In this document: positions 63,940 through 64,000 of the stretch, in pieces
Layout: the number at the start of each line of letters is the position of its first letter
How positions within the stretch are numbered: position 1 is the stretch's first letter
Assembly (NCBI GenBank): GCA_965247705.1
Contig: CBDFHV010000084.1
Coordinates: 263,184 to 327,183, forward strand
Direction of reading: 5' to 3'
Origin: Rhodospirillales bacterium
GTDB taxonomy: Bacteria; Pseudomonadota; Alphaproteobacteria; Rhodospirillales; CAMCUA01
DNA length: 64,000 nucleotides
Program-made: the position numbers and the translations under genes
The notes under the pieces: generated by a model
Told to the model about the DNA's origin: nothing
Seen by the model: the letters and a program-made list of their open reading frames with translations, nothing else
The model's database searches: none

Positions 63940-64000
63940 CGCCGCCCCTCCAGCTTCGTCGGCGCAGACGAAGGGGCCGGTTACTCCGCCGCTTCCTTGT

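Noticed and set aside
1-64000. Phage-defence, toxin-antitoxin or secondary-metabolite cluster
   Set aside because: I looked for nucleases, helicases, methyltransferases, reverse transcriptases, small adjacent TA-like pairs and PKS/NRPS/radical-SAM signatures among all track ORFs. I recognised none.

Overview
High-GC (about two-thirds G+C by eye, not computed) chromosomal segment. It looks alphaproteobacterial: it has structured intergenic repeat families, a BMP-type nucleoside ABC transporter and a TTT (tctCBA) transporter. I support about 60 protein-coding genes, mostly transport, catabolism and signalling. I recognised no rRNA, tRNA, CRISPR array, prophage or known defence system.

Gene blocks:
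1. 419-2665: GAF hybrid histidine kinase, preceded by a very AT-rich tract.
2. 3085-12377: catabolic island with two RraA-like proteins, VOC, AKR and SDR enzymes, an amidohydrolase, and a peptide-type ABC importer that lacks ATPase genes.
3. 12561-22147: nucleoside scavenging unit (BMP binding protein, ATPase, two permeases, cdd, punA, deoC, deoA) with a divergent secreted 5'-nucleotidase.
4. 22229-27727: SDR, bdhA, MFS transporter, D-carbamoylase, D-hydantoinase.
5. 27828-29718: small membrane-protein genes, one split by an IS3-family element.
6. 29814-34170: four-protein His-Asp-His-Asp phosphorelay.
7. 34282-38917: Ldh_2 oxidoreductase, a frameshifted SDR, and larB-larE-larC, with no larA in the window.
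8. 39193-49072: DMT transporters, DUF1491, Usp, a CHASE2 nucleotide cyclase with an unknown secreted partner, ABC-F, FAH, and a proline-racemase-family enzyme.
9. 49191-51755: a visibly lower-GC patch (DUF1801, DHCW cupin, TetR) bracketed by a palindromic two-module element and a 13-bp x 8 tandem repeat.
10. 51790-53683: alpha/beta hydrolase, PNPOx-like protein, small ORF.
11. 53960-60269: two paralogous sulfatases behind a tctCBA transporter. Its tctA has an in-frame stop and its tctC is frameshifted.
12. 60500-63939: tdh, desaturase, ABM, Asp/Glu-racemase family.

I did not find a clear-cut new system. The best candidates for something undescribed are the orphan NPN-cofactor (lar) cluster linked to non-LarA oxidoreductases and the structured palindromic element at 49191-49469. 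Most long ORFs on the strand opposite the called genes are high-GC shadow ORFs. The ORF track also starts ORFs at GTG and TTG and often over-extends N-termini. I re-set starts where homology-like N-termini, ribosome-binding sites or stop/start overlaps supported it.
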